A stretch of DNA of 64,000 nucleotides from Tubulanus polymorphus (Eukaryota; Animalia; Nemertea). A program made the translations under genes and the position numbers. The notes beneath the pieces were generated by a model. It did not search any database. It was not told the origin of the DNA and saw nothing but the letters and a program-made list of their open reading frames with translations. Location: contig NC_134030.1 of the NCBI RefSeq assembly GCF_964204645.1, positions 10,499,947 through 10,563,946 on the forward strand, given 5' to 3'. This document shows, one piece after another, positions 26,501 through 40,600 of the stretch (position 1 is the first letter of the stretch; each line of letters starts with the position of its first letter).

Positions 26501-28875
26501 TCGAACTACATAATAATGGAACACAATGCCTGCCCTTTTAGCGTGTACCAAATCCCATCAACTCAATCTTACCAAAGAGAGAGATGAAAAGTTACCCGTT
26601 CCTTTTCAAAACGGATTATGTCCCTATGATATATAGCTAGCTATGGAAATATATTCGTGCTACTCAGATCTCGAGAAAGTTCTCGATACATGCATTTGTC
26701 ATCGCGGTGACGATGGGGAGTGATGGCCTTGATCTATCTTTGATGATCGCGACGCATCGTGATCGCGGTCTCCGCTGATCAAAGACAGGTAAATATTCTA
26801 GGTGTCTTGTCTTCGAAGACGAATACCGTGACTGTATCCTAATGAGCTCTGTCAACTCCCCGAACACTAGTCATCTTTAACTATCGAGCTTTTTCTTCAT
26901 TTACGATATATTCGCTGGCCACTTCCGTGGGTATTTTCGACTGATATCGGCGTTAGTTGAATAAACGAGAGAAATCCCAAAATAATTAAGCCAAAGATGA
27001 AAAGTGCTTGAATAGCAGTGTATGTATCAAATATGTAAGCTTATTCACATCTACTATCGAACTTGGCTGATAAAATGGGGGATTTCTCACGTTTATTCGC
27101 TTGCCATTTACGTAGGGATTTTTCTACAGAGGATGCGCAGCCATTTTTTTTCAAACAGTACATAATAGGCGAAGCACGTATTAAGACGTCTGTCACAATA
27201 TATATGGTTAAGTGTGATATGCTTCGATTTTACCAATACATGTATGAGATATTGGTGAAAATGATGACATTTGAATTCAAAAACTAACGAAATTTCTCAC
27301 CCCGTAAGGAGTCTTCGACAAAATTCAATTTACATCGCAAGAACTATATCCCGCTCCTGAAACTCAATTATTCACTTCATTTCAAAATACGACGCGTTAT
27401 ATCGATGTGAAAATATCCAGTTATCGCGCAATTCGTGATTTACTAGCTTAATTTGTTTTTACCCCGTACGGTTTTTTTCTAACACAGAGCGTGATATTCG
27501 GCGTCAGCTAAATCAGTAGGTGCGCGATAAACGTCACAACCACGACGGCTACTGGAAACGGCATGGCGTCCATCGAAATGCGTTGAATTTATGGGAAACC
27601 GCGTGTAATCTATATCACATGCGTTATATCAAAAATACATAAAGACATACATAATACATACATCCTCTTTATGTATTTTTGGTTATATCCCAATACCAGT
27701 TTGTTGTACATATAGATCTAGATCTAGATTATTAAATGAATTGGTTGAAGGATTTTGGAGGACGCTTCACAGTCATTTTGGTGGGTAGATTCATGTATTT
27801 AGCATAGTTTGTGAATAATTACAATGATGTATATGTTAGATTTAGTAAAAGAAAATCATGAGAAAATGAAATACATGACATCATCAGCCATTTTTGGAGA
27901 TGTCTCCCTCCATGAGGAAGTAAGTGAACTATAGCTGGCAATTCAGTAAGGATGTTCATGACCTATTCTTATTACTGTAACGCTTATGTTTATGTCTCCC
28001 CCTCAACCAACCCGCCGATGACGGGTATCCTGCTAGTTGTAAATATATCTTTGAGAATGACTAAGAAGGTAGTCCGATAGTCCGAAAACGCGGAAATCCA
28101 GCATTTTAGATGACCAAGAAGGTCGAGGTGGCCGCCATTTTTTGGGTTATGCTATCAGGTGATGAAGCACGTCTCGTTGTGTTTATTCTGCACCCGGTTA
28201 ACACTAGGTCCCTCTAAAAATATTTTTATAAAGGACACAGTAAAAGAATTTGCCTTTTAGGATCAAAGAGGAAAAATTCGATTCGATTCGAATTCAAATG
28301 AAGGGAGAAACGAAGTAAATCGACTTATGCAAATCACGCGAACAAAAAAGGAGACGGGAATATCAAACAAATTTTCATCATCGATTGGAAGAATTTCGAT
28401 GACGGAAACGGCAAGTGATTGCGAAAGGTCCATTTGCTTTCGCTCTTGTTTGCCAATATTACCATTATATTCGTATTAATGTTATATGTAGAGTGTCTGG
28501 TTTCCGCGAGAATGTGTGAAACTAGCCGATGCGATATATCGATTCAATTAGCAACTGTTTATAGTCGACTTATAATCGACTTATCAACACATGTGTAAAT
28601 CGGATTCCAAGCATGAGAATATCAATATTCATATGAATACCTAAGGAAAAAAATGAAATGATTTCCTGTATCGCATTTTGTGCATTGCAGAGGAAGTACA
28701 TATATCTGAACGACGAAACTAACAAATCATCATTCAATGGGAAGCCGCAGTTCCACAAGTTATTACGCCAGGTGGCGTGACGAACACTCACATTATTCGT
28801 TGATAAAATTAGTTTATTATCACCCCAAACTTCAAATTGCGAGCCCTTTTTCCGTCTTGGAACGTTTATGGTTTT

Positions 28876-29213
28876 TATCCTTCCCCAGGAGGGATTCGAA
28901 CCTGATGGCATCGGGACTCGCAACGGTACAAACCCCTGTCCTAGTGGGCAGCTACATGCACGGCTTAGATGATGTCATTATTAGCCAATCAGAAGTCCTG
29001 TTCTATTTTAGCCCGGGTTTTTCGATTTATAGTTCTTTCGAGAAAAATATCTCCCTGAACGATTATACAACAAGCAATCTGATATGTGCCGCAAGTTTTC
29101 GTGCTGTAAACCTGGGCATGCAGCTGCGCACCCGGTCCACAGTTTTTGCAGGGGTTCGTGTCGTGGCTGAGTGCAGCGATGCTATCAGGTTCGAATCCCT
29201 GCCGGGGAGGATG
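28876..29213. mobile_element. MITE family B with tRNA-like TIRs, uninterrupted about 340-bp copy
   Basis: Inverted tRNA-like arms; B box at 29188-29198; core shared with 7310-7440. Confidence 0.85.
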
Positions 29214-32200
29214 GTTTTACTGTAGTTTTCAGAAATAGCATACGAGCCGGCATCTCACTTGCAAAAGATGAACTTAGGTGATTAACGGTAACTTTTTCTT
29301 AAAAGTCATTTGAAAAGCTTATCAGGCGCCTCAGATCTAGTGTTGTCTGATCAACTTGGTATCGTGAATCGTGACGTCGAGTCGAAACCGGAAAATGAGT
29401 CTGGTCGATAAATCACTGAGATTGAGCCATAACGATCACGTGCTTTCGGGAATCCTATTGACGTCACCACGACGAAAATATTACTCGTTTGTCTTGTTGA
29501 AGATATCGTGTGTATTTTGTGTCAATTTGATTGTCGACTGAGATTCGTCTACGACCTAGTTTTTGTGAGGATGGGCTATCTGTTTGGGCATTGCAGGAGA
29601 GCATTTTTCCGGAAGGTTTTGCTGACATTAAAGAATTACAGTATGGTAAGATTTTTTGAATGAACCGCAACCAAATTTCCCAATTATGTACTTCCATTCG
29701 AACCAAACAGTTCTCTATTTTGACCGCCGATACTTGTACTTCGATTTCCGATTTCAAAATTAAACCCCCTGTTTTGCTCCTAGAAGGTGTGGTGGGTTTG
29801 TAAGGGACACCAAATAAAAAAAAAACAAATGAAACCTACCAATTAGATAAATAACAGGGTCAATCCCTATTTCAATATCTAAATATTGTCATAGTATCCG
29901 TCAACTATATCTGTACTTCGATTTCCGATTTCAAATTCAAACCCGCCGTTACCAGCAGGTGTGTTGGGTTTGGACGGGACACCAAATAAGAAAAAAAAGA
30001 CAAATGAAATCTACTTATTCAATGAAAAACAGGAACAATTTTAAGATCTAAATATTTGAATAGTCCTAAAGCAAAGTTCTGCTACCAATAGAAAAGTGTG
30101 GCCGCGTTCCGTTAGCGTCACAGTACATTCCCTTGCCTGGACAGATGATAGGACAGAGAATTTTGCTACGGACGTGAAACGAATTTCCTCTTCGCCCAGC
30201 TTGCCATTTGATATTGTCTCAACTGACTTCAGACAAGACGACGCTAATGGAAGATTGCAATTAGTACTGATTCCTTGTCATAAATTCGATAGTCGCGTGC
30301 CTGTCGCGCTGTCTGTCAGTCACGAGTGGCAATCACTGGTGCTATTTGACAGTGATCAACACAGTTTTATCGGCTTTGCCCAACAGGAATAGAATTAATT
30401 CGCTAAAAATAGACGTTGATTCGGTCTATTCGGTCTCCGGTGGGCGGACACTGTAATTTGGTAGCATTCTCACCGCGGTAATGTCACAAATGCGAGTCAG
30501 CCACAAATTCCCACTCTGCACGAACGCGGGTCTACCTTTCACGGCGGAAACGCATAATCGTCGCTGTAATTCGAGATCGGCGTCAATAACGGCTTTTTAC
30601 CAATGATACCGAAAGTCCGGTGTAAACGAAATTATCGGCATCGAACACAGACTGAAAATATTGGACACCTGTATTTCATTAGAGGCAATCAGTATACCTT
30701 TAATGTTCGGCGGGTTTAAGGTCTCGATCAAGGTCATACCCGGTTACTGAATAAACGCTTCTCTTCCCAAGTAGTATAATCTTCATACAGCTATTTCATT
30801 AGATGATCTCGTAACGAGATGTTGGCTTCCATAGACAAGGGCTGACGTAAGTCAATAAGCTAATAAACTCAGAGTAAGAAGAACAAACTAAGAGATAGTT
30901 TGACGTTTCCACTCAATTCTATTAGCTATTATCATATTTAACTTTCCATTTCAAGTCTATGGGCCATTATTAACATTTTTGTAATGGCTCATAGAATTGA
31001 GTTTAAACATGAAGCTACATCGTACATCATATCATTATTTACCATCAGAGCAGCCGATAGGCCAACACACAAACAGCCTTTTAGTTTTGATATTTATGAA
31101 GAAGGTACTTAATGCACCTTTTCTTAATTTGTTAGTTTTTTCTGTTTAATCTCTCGGTTTTTACTTCAAACTGTGGGTTTATCAACCTCTTCTATAGATT
31201 ATCGAGCCGGACTTCGCTGAAGTAAAGTTACGCCACAAATGAATTGATTAATTCATGACGTCAAGCCCGAATGACTTTCTTTTACTGACTGTTTGACACA
31301 ATTTCAAAATCTATTTCGACGTTGATACGACGGGGTTAATTGCGCAAACATTATGACGTCACAGTATTGTGCGTAGCGCAGTTGTCGTCTGTTTACATCG
31401 CGTTGGAATCTATATTGAACAAACACTTAGCAGTTAGTTTTCTAAATTATTAACGATTATGCCTCTGAAAATTACGCCCGCTTGAACACCGAACTCCGTT
31501 CATATTCGCAATTACAAATCTCGCGAGAAGTGCAGAAAATGCGCCTATTTTCATAATTCGGCTAGTTGTTTACGACTGCAGATTCCCACGCCGCGACTTG
31601 TTTATAGCTGGTAGTTCGCTTGGCTCGCAGCCTTAAAGCTCAGCGTGGCAGTATGGCGTCACTAAAAGGTTGAAACTGTCAACTGAGAATTAATAAGTAT
31701 ACGGATAAGACGGATAAACTGGCGAGAGGCTGTCACGCGACCAGCGTATACACCCGGCATTGCGTGCAGTATGTGGATAAGTAGAGGCGGCAGTATTAGG
31801 ATTGGCCTCTATTAGAAATTCTATCCGTGAGGGCAACTTCGAGGTAATCGTGTATCATTTCGCTGTGACGTCTGAATGGCACAGGCAGACCATCTGCTTA
31901 TCCAATTTATCATCTACTTATTAAGCGAGTAAGTGACCGGAATGGAGTTCGATAATCGGAAACACGGTGTAGTTTCGTTTGGTCACGGTTACTTCGTGGA
32001 AGCGACGTGACGTAGGTGAATTTCTGTCGGCGTTTAGACACAAACGCCAAAATCGACCAGCGGTAATGAAATCGAAGAGATAAAACTAAAAATCTAGAGG
32101 GTAGCACGTGCCCCATGTGCTACCCTGTGGATCCGCGCCTGAGTAATCAGTTTGGGCAATCAAAATAAACACACCTTTTAGTGTTGTATATATACCAATT

Positions 32201-35200
32201 GAACTCGATGATGAACATCACAACAAACCAGAACAAAGGTTCACATGAATACCATTTAAGCAGCGATTTTATAAATAACCAGTTTTGCGCCTCAATCCCT
32301 TAATCAGTCGCTTCCTACGTATCCTGACTGATGTAACGGATATAACGACTGATAAAGTTCATATACATGACGTCATCATTTGTACCTACTACTCCGTCAT
32401 CGTCAGCTTTTATGTGCACTTACTGACCCAGATGCAGTACAAGAATAGCAATCCATGCCATCGCCGCGCAACAACACCTATCAGTCGTTTATCGCGGCCA
32501 AATATCATTCTATGTGTAGGCTCGTTAATCACGCGCTGATACGATGGCCGCCCGACTAGGAGTTTACGTCACTACCGGAGCGACGCATCGATTGTGTAGT
32601 GACGTCACACGCGAAGAAGAGCATAAAGCCGGCACTGTCGGTGTATCGTCTTGTAATAACCGCGCGTCGGAAGTAATACGCCGGGTCGCGCATTTTCATT
32701 AATTTCGCGGCACGCAACGCGAAAAACATCATTATCTTTAAGAAAAGGTTGCTTTTGCTCGAATGAATACACGAAGCAACGAACGACGACGACGACAACA
32801 GAGAATCGTCATGAGAACGAGTCGTATTTCATTTAATATAAGGCCTATCGTTATTTGGCTTATCTCGATTGACATTTAATCGGGTTTTTTTTTCGGCACG
32901 CTATGTTAAGTCGCTGATGGTGAACACTACTTTCGTTGATAACAGACATTCAGTCATCCAGTAAAAGTGTGTTCGTCGCTACGAACACGGCAAGTCTATT
33001 GGTTCTTTATAGGTTTTGTATTGGTTTTTGTACTTACCAATATTGAATATATGATAATTTGCTTTTGAACCGATGTTCAAATAGGAAATGAAAAATAAAA
33101 CGATGTCTGATGATGAAGCCCGGTTCACGTAGATATATATTATACAAACATTCGCAAAAGAATGAAGCCGTCATTTTTCCTCGGTAAGATTTCATGCCCG
33201 CAGTTTGATTCATGAAAATATCCAAACATTGCGACAGAAACATAACTACTTTCAGTAACAGCTTTCTGCGCCTAATTTCAATATAATGGCAAAATCTCAA
33301 CCAACAAATTTAACTCTCAACTACGAACGATTCACTGAAAACTAGATTTAAAAAGTTGACCATAGAAAACTATCAATCATAAAACATGTTTATACCTATT
33401 GATTATAAAACTGTTGGTTATTTGAAATGATGAATTGTTAGATTCAATAGTTAGATTAATTCATATCTAAAAGGTCAGTTTCGTAAATTTGAAAGAAATT
33501 TTCAGCGAATGGAATTTCGATATTTTTGATTTTCGATGGAACTATATCGTTGATTCTCGATAATTTCGTCTGCATTAATGTCGCTCGCGGGTGAGTTAGA
33601 ATATCCCCGTTCTAAATCCGCGCAGCTGTCTGGAATCTTAGTCGAATCGAACGACAGAACAGTAACTATTGCCAGCGCAGCAGTTCGGATTCTCTCGAAG
33701 AGTCATCGAACGTACAGCGTTCTTACCCGAATGAAATAGACCGCTTCGGCTGCGATCAATTTCGTCTTAATCATGTTTCGCGTTAATATGGTCATGATTT
33801 TTAAAATGGTCGTGAATGACCAATATCCTTAGAGGTGATGGCACGGAGGGTACACGTTGTCCGCCATCTCTGGTTACATCATAATATCATAATTACATAG
33901 TTACATATGATATTTATATTTCAAAGTACGCATCATGCCCATCCATTATGACTAAAATGGAGGCCTTCCCTTAAAATTGAACGTAGTCTCTAACTATTAC
34001 ATAGGTCCAAACCAACTGGGCATAGTAAGCTATTACCAAACATTTTCTGGTAGCTCTTATTACTATTTTCATAGCAGAGTTTTACGGGTCTTCCCTCCTT
34101 AGAAACTGACGCAATTAAACTGATTTTGAAGTTAAAGGCAATACAGAGGAAAATTATTTTCCATGAAGCATTCATAATCAATAAAAATTGTCCCCACCGA
34201 AAGGGTTTTAAGGCGGGCGTATTGGGCTAGCTGCGAATGCGCGTGATCGGTGGCAATATTGGTTACAATTAAGGGTGACAGTCGCAACGAGTCACTGGGC
34301 AATGATAAGGTGGAACTACACCTGCCTTGATCACATCGATAACAATGTACGGCATCCTTTTCTTAGAAAAATGTACGGCTTCCTTTTCTAAGAAATTCTT
34401 CAGAAAGATAGACGTCTTTTACATTCTTTGCTAACGCCTGTTGCAATATTCGTCTTCGCTCTTTTGAAGCGCGTATTCAACGTTTTTCTGAATGTAAATT
34501 GGCCAATTTCAGTCGCGGCCGACGACGACGCGTCGACGCGGAATATGCAACCAATCAGACGAATATTAGCGCGATTAACTGCGAGCCTTCGCTGTTCGGA
34601 TTAACTGATCAACTCGCATATGTAATAAAATAGCCATTTACAGCCGTTTACAGCGACGCATCGCTGTTTTATATCATCGAACACAACAAGCTTCCTTCTC
34701 GTCGATCGGCGAAGTCGATGAAATTTCCGCAGATTTCCTTTCACGACGACGAGCGCCTTTATTGGACGGTTATCGCTTCGAAACGTCACTCGGTGGCACC
34801 AATTCTCTGTTCGCACTGGAGCGCCGTAAATTCGCTCGTATAGTTAAAAGTACACGATACACACACCGCAGCTTCTTTCTTACGGCGCACCGGTTTGAAT
34901 ATCTACTGTTATCTTAATACTGATACAGCGAAAAATTCCATCAATTATAATCAGCAGTTCAATACTAGGTAACTAAATATGGTTTTACCAATGGCAATAG
35001 CTGGCTAAGGGAGCAAAACCTCTCGCTCCCTTTTCTCCCTCTCTCATTAAGAACCTCGAATAAAGTGGACTTTTACTCGTTACCTTTGATTTATTTGAAT
35101 ACATCTGTGAGCTTGGAATCCCACAATCAATACAGGATGAAATCTCATCAATGTATAGTACCTAGACTAATATTAACCTTTTTTCCATTCGAAGGTTAAC

Positions 35201-35851
35201 GAACACTTCTTAAGAACGTTTCGACTTCCCGTGTCAAATAATAGGTAATAGACGTATCACAAGGCTTGATATGATCTAAAAATTGATCCTTGATCGTGTG
35301 AAAATAACGATGATTCGAACTCAATTAGTCGTTCATACCGCAATTTACGTGGATTTCGCCTGCATCGTCACTTTCGCCATTCCCTTTAGGAGGATTGAGG
35401 CCGAAGATGCAGATGCAGATTGAAGAAATATATTTCTGTATGTCAACCAGTTTTGATCTGGAATATTTGCATTTCCGTCATTTCTGTAAATAAATGACCT
35501 TTTATCAATCAATCACACAATATCTTCTTAATTTTGCTGCAAACCTAGTTCGGTGTTTTATTCTCACGGAGCAAGGGGTATCATAAATACATTCTGTATG
35601 TCGACCAGTACAATATCCTCTTCTATGAATAGATTGTTGTATTAACATAAAAACTATGCTTATCTGTTCGTTGTAGTTGGTTGATACAATCATCGGGGTT
35701 ACAGCGACAATCATAATATGATTTCCGCGGTCCTGATGATTGTCACGCTCGGATGTGTAAACAGTAATATAGATAAGCGTGTTAAACTATAATAATCTTT
35801 CGGACGATTTACAAGTGGAAAACGACCAAAACAATGAAAATGGATACAATG

Positions 35852-36196
35852 ATCTTCAACCTCGTAGTATAGTTATTTCCAAAATCTCGATGTATTGAAA
35901 TAGGCAGCCGACTAAGTTAACTCCAATCAGTCGCTTGCCGGTACAGGCTGGTCTGAAGATTATGTGAATGAACCGGAACCGAAATTTACAATTATGTAAT
36001 TCGATTTGAAAAATTCTGTAAATTCGACCGTTGCTTACACGACTATATTGGTACTTCGATTTCAAAATCAAACCCCCCGTTTCAATCACGGCAAGTGTGG
36101 TGGGTTTGCAAGGGACACCAAATCAAAATCAGAACAAATCAAGCAAAACCTAATAACAATTGAATGAATAACAGGGTCAATCCCTATTTGTAGATA
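35852..36196 (+). repeat. dispersed repeat family E (about 340 bp)
   Basis: Colinear with 51407-51739; partial copies at about 65-185, 26313-26540 (-), 29636-29882, 29900-30050 and 40045-40190. Confidence 0.85.
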
Positions 36197-37487
36197 AGAG
36201 AATAAGTGTAAAGTATTTTGTACTCTGATAATCATCTGATAAATCAAATCAATCACTTGTTTTTCTTGACAGAATACATGCATACATCGTGTATTGCATA
36301 ATACGTCATACTCATAAGGTTCAGTTCACGTTCCCTATCGCTTCATCTGATGTCATCGCAGACGTCATCGCAGTAGTTAAGATCGATTTTATGATATTCA
36401 ATCAGATCAGGCAGTCCGTTGTCGGGTGACGATGATCAACAAATAAGCACTGCGCGACATACATGTTTGTATCCCAAATACGAAGCGTGTGGCTGAACTA
36501 ATTTTGTCCTTCAAACCTTTTTGGGACTTTGAGCGGAATTGTTATGGAGCTATATTTGTAATGATCGCTCGAATGTGCTTCGTGATGATCAACAGTGGCA
36601 TTGCATGCATGTGTATATATAGATATAAATATGCAGCTGTTGATTCATCACGAACACTATACGCCGATTGAAACTCCCTTGTTTTTCCCGCTGATATCGA
36701 ATATATTCGCAGGTGATCATCTTCAAAAAAGAATAAAAGAACAACACAGACAGACCAAGTCTCTCCGAGTCAAAATTAAGGCGTTATTCACAACAAGTCT
36801 CAGCTCTAAAGTTCGACCGCGGTCCATAACGGACACGACCTTTCGCATCAAGGTAAATTGGCAAGATCGCAGAAACGCTCCATCACCGTCAAGTCGCGCT
36901 CTGGATGATAAAGGTGATATTTGGCAGTCGAGACGACACAGAGTTCTACCAATTTCCGACCGTCTGGAGATGTATGTTTACGGAACGTGTACGCGTGATT
37001 TCCAGGTCTCTTGCATTGATATTTGTTTACCGTCATTGCTCCTACAGAATAAACCGTCACAGGTTTCTAGAAATGAAAGACATCTCCATGGTAAACGCAG
37101 TCAATATAGGCACTCATTTCGTGAACGGACTTCAATTCTCGCTTTCGGATTTAATGTCGCTCACTGTCGTGGTTGAGATGATGACGTCATCGCGATGGTA
37201 TATCAATATGGGCCGAATTGTGAAAATTGGAAGGCCCGGGTCCAGGAGAAAGGATAAGGCAATTCAAGGCAACCGATTCAAAGGCTGGGTTCCGCGTGGT
37301 TCCGCCCTCGGCTTTTTAGATATTTTTGAAGAAATTCATCCGCAAGGTTGTCATTTCCGAGAGGATGAGCGTCAAAATTACAGGTTTTTTATGATCGCTG
37401 ACTTGACAAAAAGGCCCATCTCATTGGGAAGGCTACAGATGTCATGACCCCCGAGACCATCCCTTAATCCGCCCCGATCAAAAGCCC

Positions 37488-37614
37488 AGAGAGAGAGAGA
37501 GGGAGAGGGAGAGGGAGAGGGAGAGGGAGAGGGAGAGGGAGAGGGAGAGGGAGAGGGAGAGGGAGAGGGAGAGGGAGAGGGAGAGGGAGAGGGAGAGGGA
37601 GAGGGAGAGGGAGA
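37488..37614. repeat. (GAGAGG)n microsatellite
   Basis: Seen directly. Confidence 0.98.
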
Positions 37615-40600
37615 AAGTTATACATCTTTATCTGTTGTAATAGAGGCGTGCTCGGGAACCGTTATACCCGAAGATGGGAACATTGAAATCATATTCATTA
37701 TCAACTACTTTCATTTAGTGCGCCTATTTTAGTACGCAGTCATTAGATCCATCGTTATTGGTCTACTTTCATTTAGTGCACATTGTACACAGAATGCATT
37801 AGATCCATCGTAATCGGCCTCGAAGATGGGCAATATATAAATCTGACAACTATAGTCGGCAATAAGCAGTTAGCTCGCAATTTCGATTTCGATCTTATAC
37901 GCCGAATATGCACCTGCATTGAAATGGATGTCGTATAAACAGCGTCGAAACAGCTGTTTTGCATATCAGCAGCTGCAGGAAAGTGGATCCTTTCCGATTG
38001 ATGTGGTGACGGGTTCCCGAAGATGATTATGCACTTATCCACTACGATCATTCTAGGGGCCTCAGTTCGTAACTGAAAAGCTCCTAATCTTTAGAATGAA
38101 CTTATACCTCGTAGCATAAGAGAGTTTCCATCTGTCTCAGCCTTAAAATCCAGAACGAAAACTTTTCTTTTTATAAACACCTATGGTGATTAATTTTTAA
38201 CTTGTTCTTTTATAATGTAGTTTTAGAATGTAAAAAGCAGTGGCCAAGATTTTATCACCGCGCTATATAGAAAAATATATTATCATTATTAATATTATTA
38301 TAATTAGTATCATTATCATAATTGATAAAAGCGAACAGTTCGAAAAACAACGAGTCCATTAGACGATCTTTTACGGTCGAGAATTCGTACGTTTCCAACG
38401 CGAGAAAAGACTTCATCCCTGATCTAAGTTGTCCGTACCAAGAAGTTCAAAGTCATGCGCTAAACAATGTTCTCATATTTCAAAATCATTTATATTACTA
38501 TTCGCCCACAAAACAAATATATATATACTAATATATACTAAGTTTCATGAAGCATTCCATACATATTTCGCTCTATAAGTAATTCCTTTCCCCACCACCA
38601 TCTTCCTCTTTTTTCATCATTTCACCTTTTTATCTTTTATCATTATATCATTGCTGAACAATCTTCAGTCTTACCACCATCTTTTCACTATCTTTCCATC
38701 ATCATTTCATCATGTTTTTATCATCTTTCATCGTAATGCTATATTTGGGGGTGTCTTCGCCCGCCATAATCAAAAACTGTTGTTCAACGATGGCTACTGC
38801 ACTCGACTCACGCATACGTAGCGCATAAGATCATCAAAAGGCGAAACCCCCGAAACAGAAATGCATATCTGGTTTGTTTCGTGACTGTGTGCGTTGTGCC
38901 GAAACACAAAACGCGATTTAGTGAATTTCGTGTCAGAGTCAGCTAAAAAGAATCCCCGACACAATTACCAATCAGCGACAACGAACGGATTACATGACCG
39001 ATGAGAACCGCTGCCATTTATATATTATGTAATACGTGATCTACACGATCTATTTTCCATCGCTTGCAGCGTTCTATAGGGTTGTTACGGTGCGTCTTGA
39101 CTCGCTCTGTCTCAAAACGGCTGAACCAAATCACCGACACACAAAGAAACAAATCTCTTGTTTCGTATTCATTTCTTGACGTGTGCGTTAGGCGGAGTCA
39201 ACGCGACAAATGCCACATACACGGATCAATTGTTTCCGAAATTATGTAATTACGGAGCAATGCTGCCTTACGTTATTACCGCTATTTTTTCAAATTGTGG
39301 AAGTGACCTATCAGATAAACACTGTTACTAGGATTAGCTCGGGCGAAACATACATAAGCAACGAACGCCTAGTGATCGGAACTAATAACCGATTGCGCTT
39401 AATTTCCGAACTATTTCCGGAATATAGTTCTGACTAACTGACACTCGGTTTCGCTTAGTTCGACTATAGTCGTTTAATGCCGATAACCGAAATTGGCCTA
39501 GTCTGCGGAAGAATTCTTAATTTGATAAAGCGAGTTGACACGCCAAACGATGGTTGGATGTCCGGCGAGGTCCTGCTTAGCGATGAAACGGAAATGGTTC
39601 ACGACATTCTGACGTCTGACATAAGTTTTTATTGGAATAGACGTTGATATAATGCTCGTAGGCGTTAAGTATTCTTTGCAGACGTAATAAAATTGATATC
39701 GACAAAATGTCGATTTTAATACGTTCGTTAATTAGATTTCCGTCTTGTAACCGCTTGTGTTTTGGATATATTTAGTACATAGCCCCGAGGTGCTGCTGGA
39801 GGTTGACTTTAAATCCGTACCGTTGCCTCGATACCGCTTCTATCGGAGGGTAAACCTGATTTGGATGGTTCGAAACTGGGACAATGAGTTTTCGAAAAAT
39901 ACGTAGAACACGACTACCGGGTCGAATTCTCAGGGCAGCAAAACATGGTCGCATTTAAAATGTCGCCTACTCATATAGACGTAGATCTAACGTCAAGCTT
40001 TTATGTATACAAACTTGTAAAATTTGTAATTATTACTTATATAACAAATATCGTTATCGATATCAAAATCAAACCCCCTGTTTTGCTCCCAGCAAGTCTG
40101 GTGGGTTTGTAAGGGACACGAAATAAAAAAAAAATCAACCGAAATCTACCAATCAAATAAATAACAGGGTCAATCCCTATTTTAAGATTCAAAAAAAACC
40201 ATGATAGACCTGGCAGCTATAGAAATGAACTGATTACAAATTTTATCGCAGTTTACACAATATATAAGTGACCCGACCGATTAGGGGAAACAAGGTATCC
40301 AGTTTGAAGCCTTATGTATTACGAACAAACCGAAAGAAAAATATCTGATTCATTCTGGTTTCCGTCATGAATTCAGCTGTTACGTCGTTTAGCAGGCCTA
40401 AATGGATTTGGGCGTTAGAAAACGAGTAAACAACAAAAATAACACGTCTCCTTCTCGGAATTTAATATCTCCATACAAGTCTGAATAGCGCGGCATGATT
40501 AATGTATTTCAAACGACGCCGTGCTAGTCGTTAGCGTCGAGTGATTCCTGCTTATCTGACGCGTTCAATTCCGTAATAACAATGTCGTCTGCAACGATGA

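Noticed and set aside
28737-29225. ORFs sharing peptides (SNLMAS, IRFESL) with ORFs at 7187-7870 and 13748-13987
   Set aside because: The similarity comes from non-coding MITE family B; frames are not conserved between copies.
36595-37447. Overlapping 193-aa and 180-aa ORFs as a possible nested gene
   Set aside because: No recognisable domain, uncoding-like composition, and the 3' part runs into a MITE-like repeat; a non-coding exon cannot be excluded.
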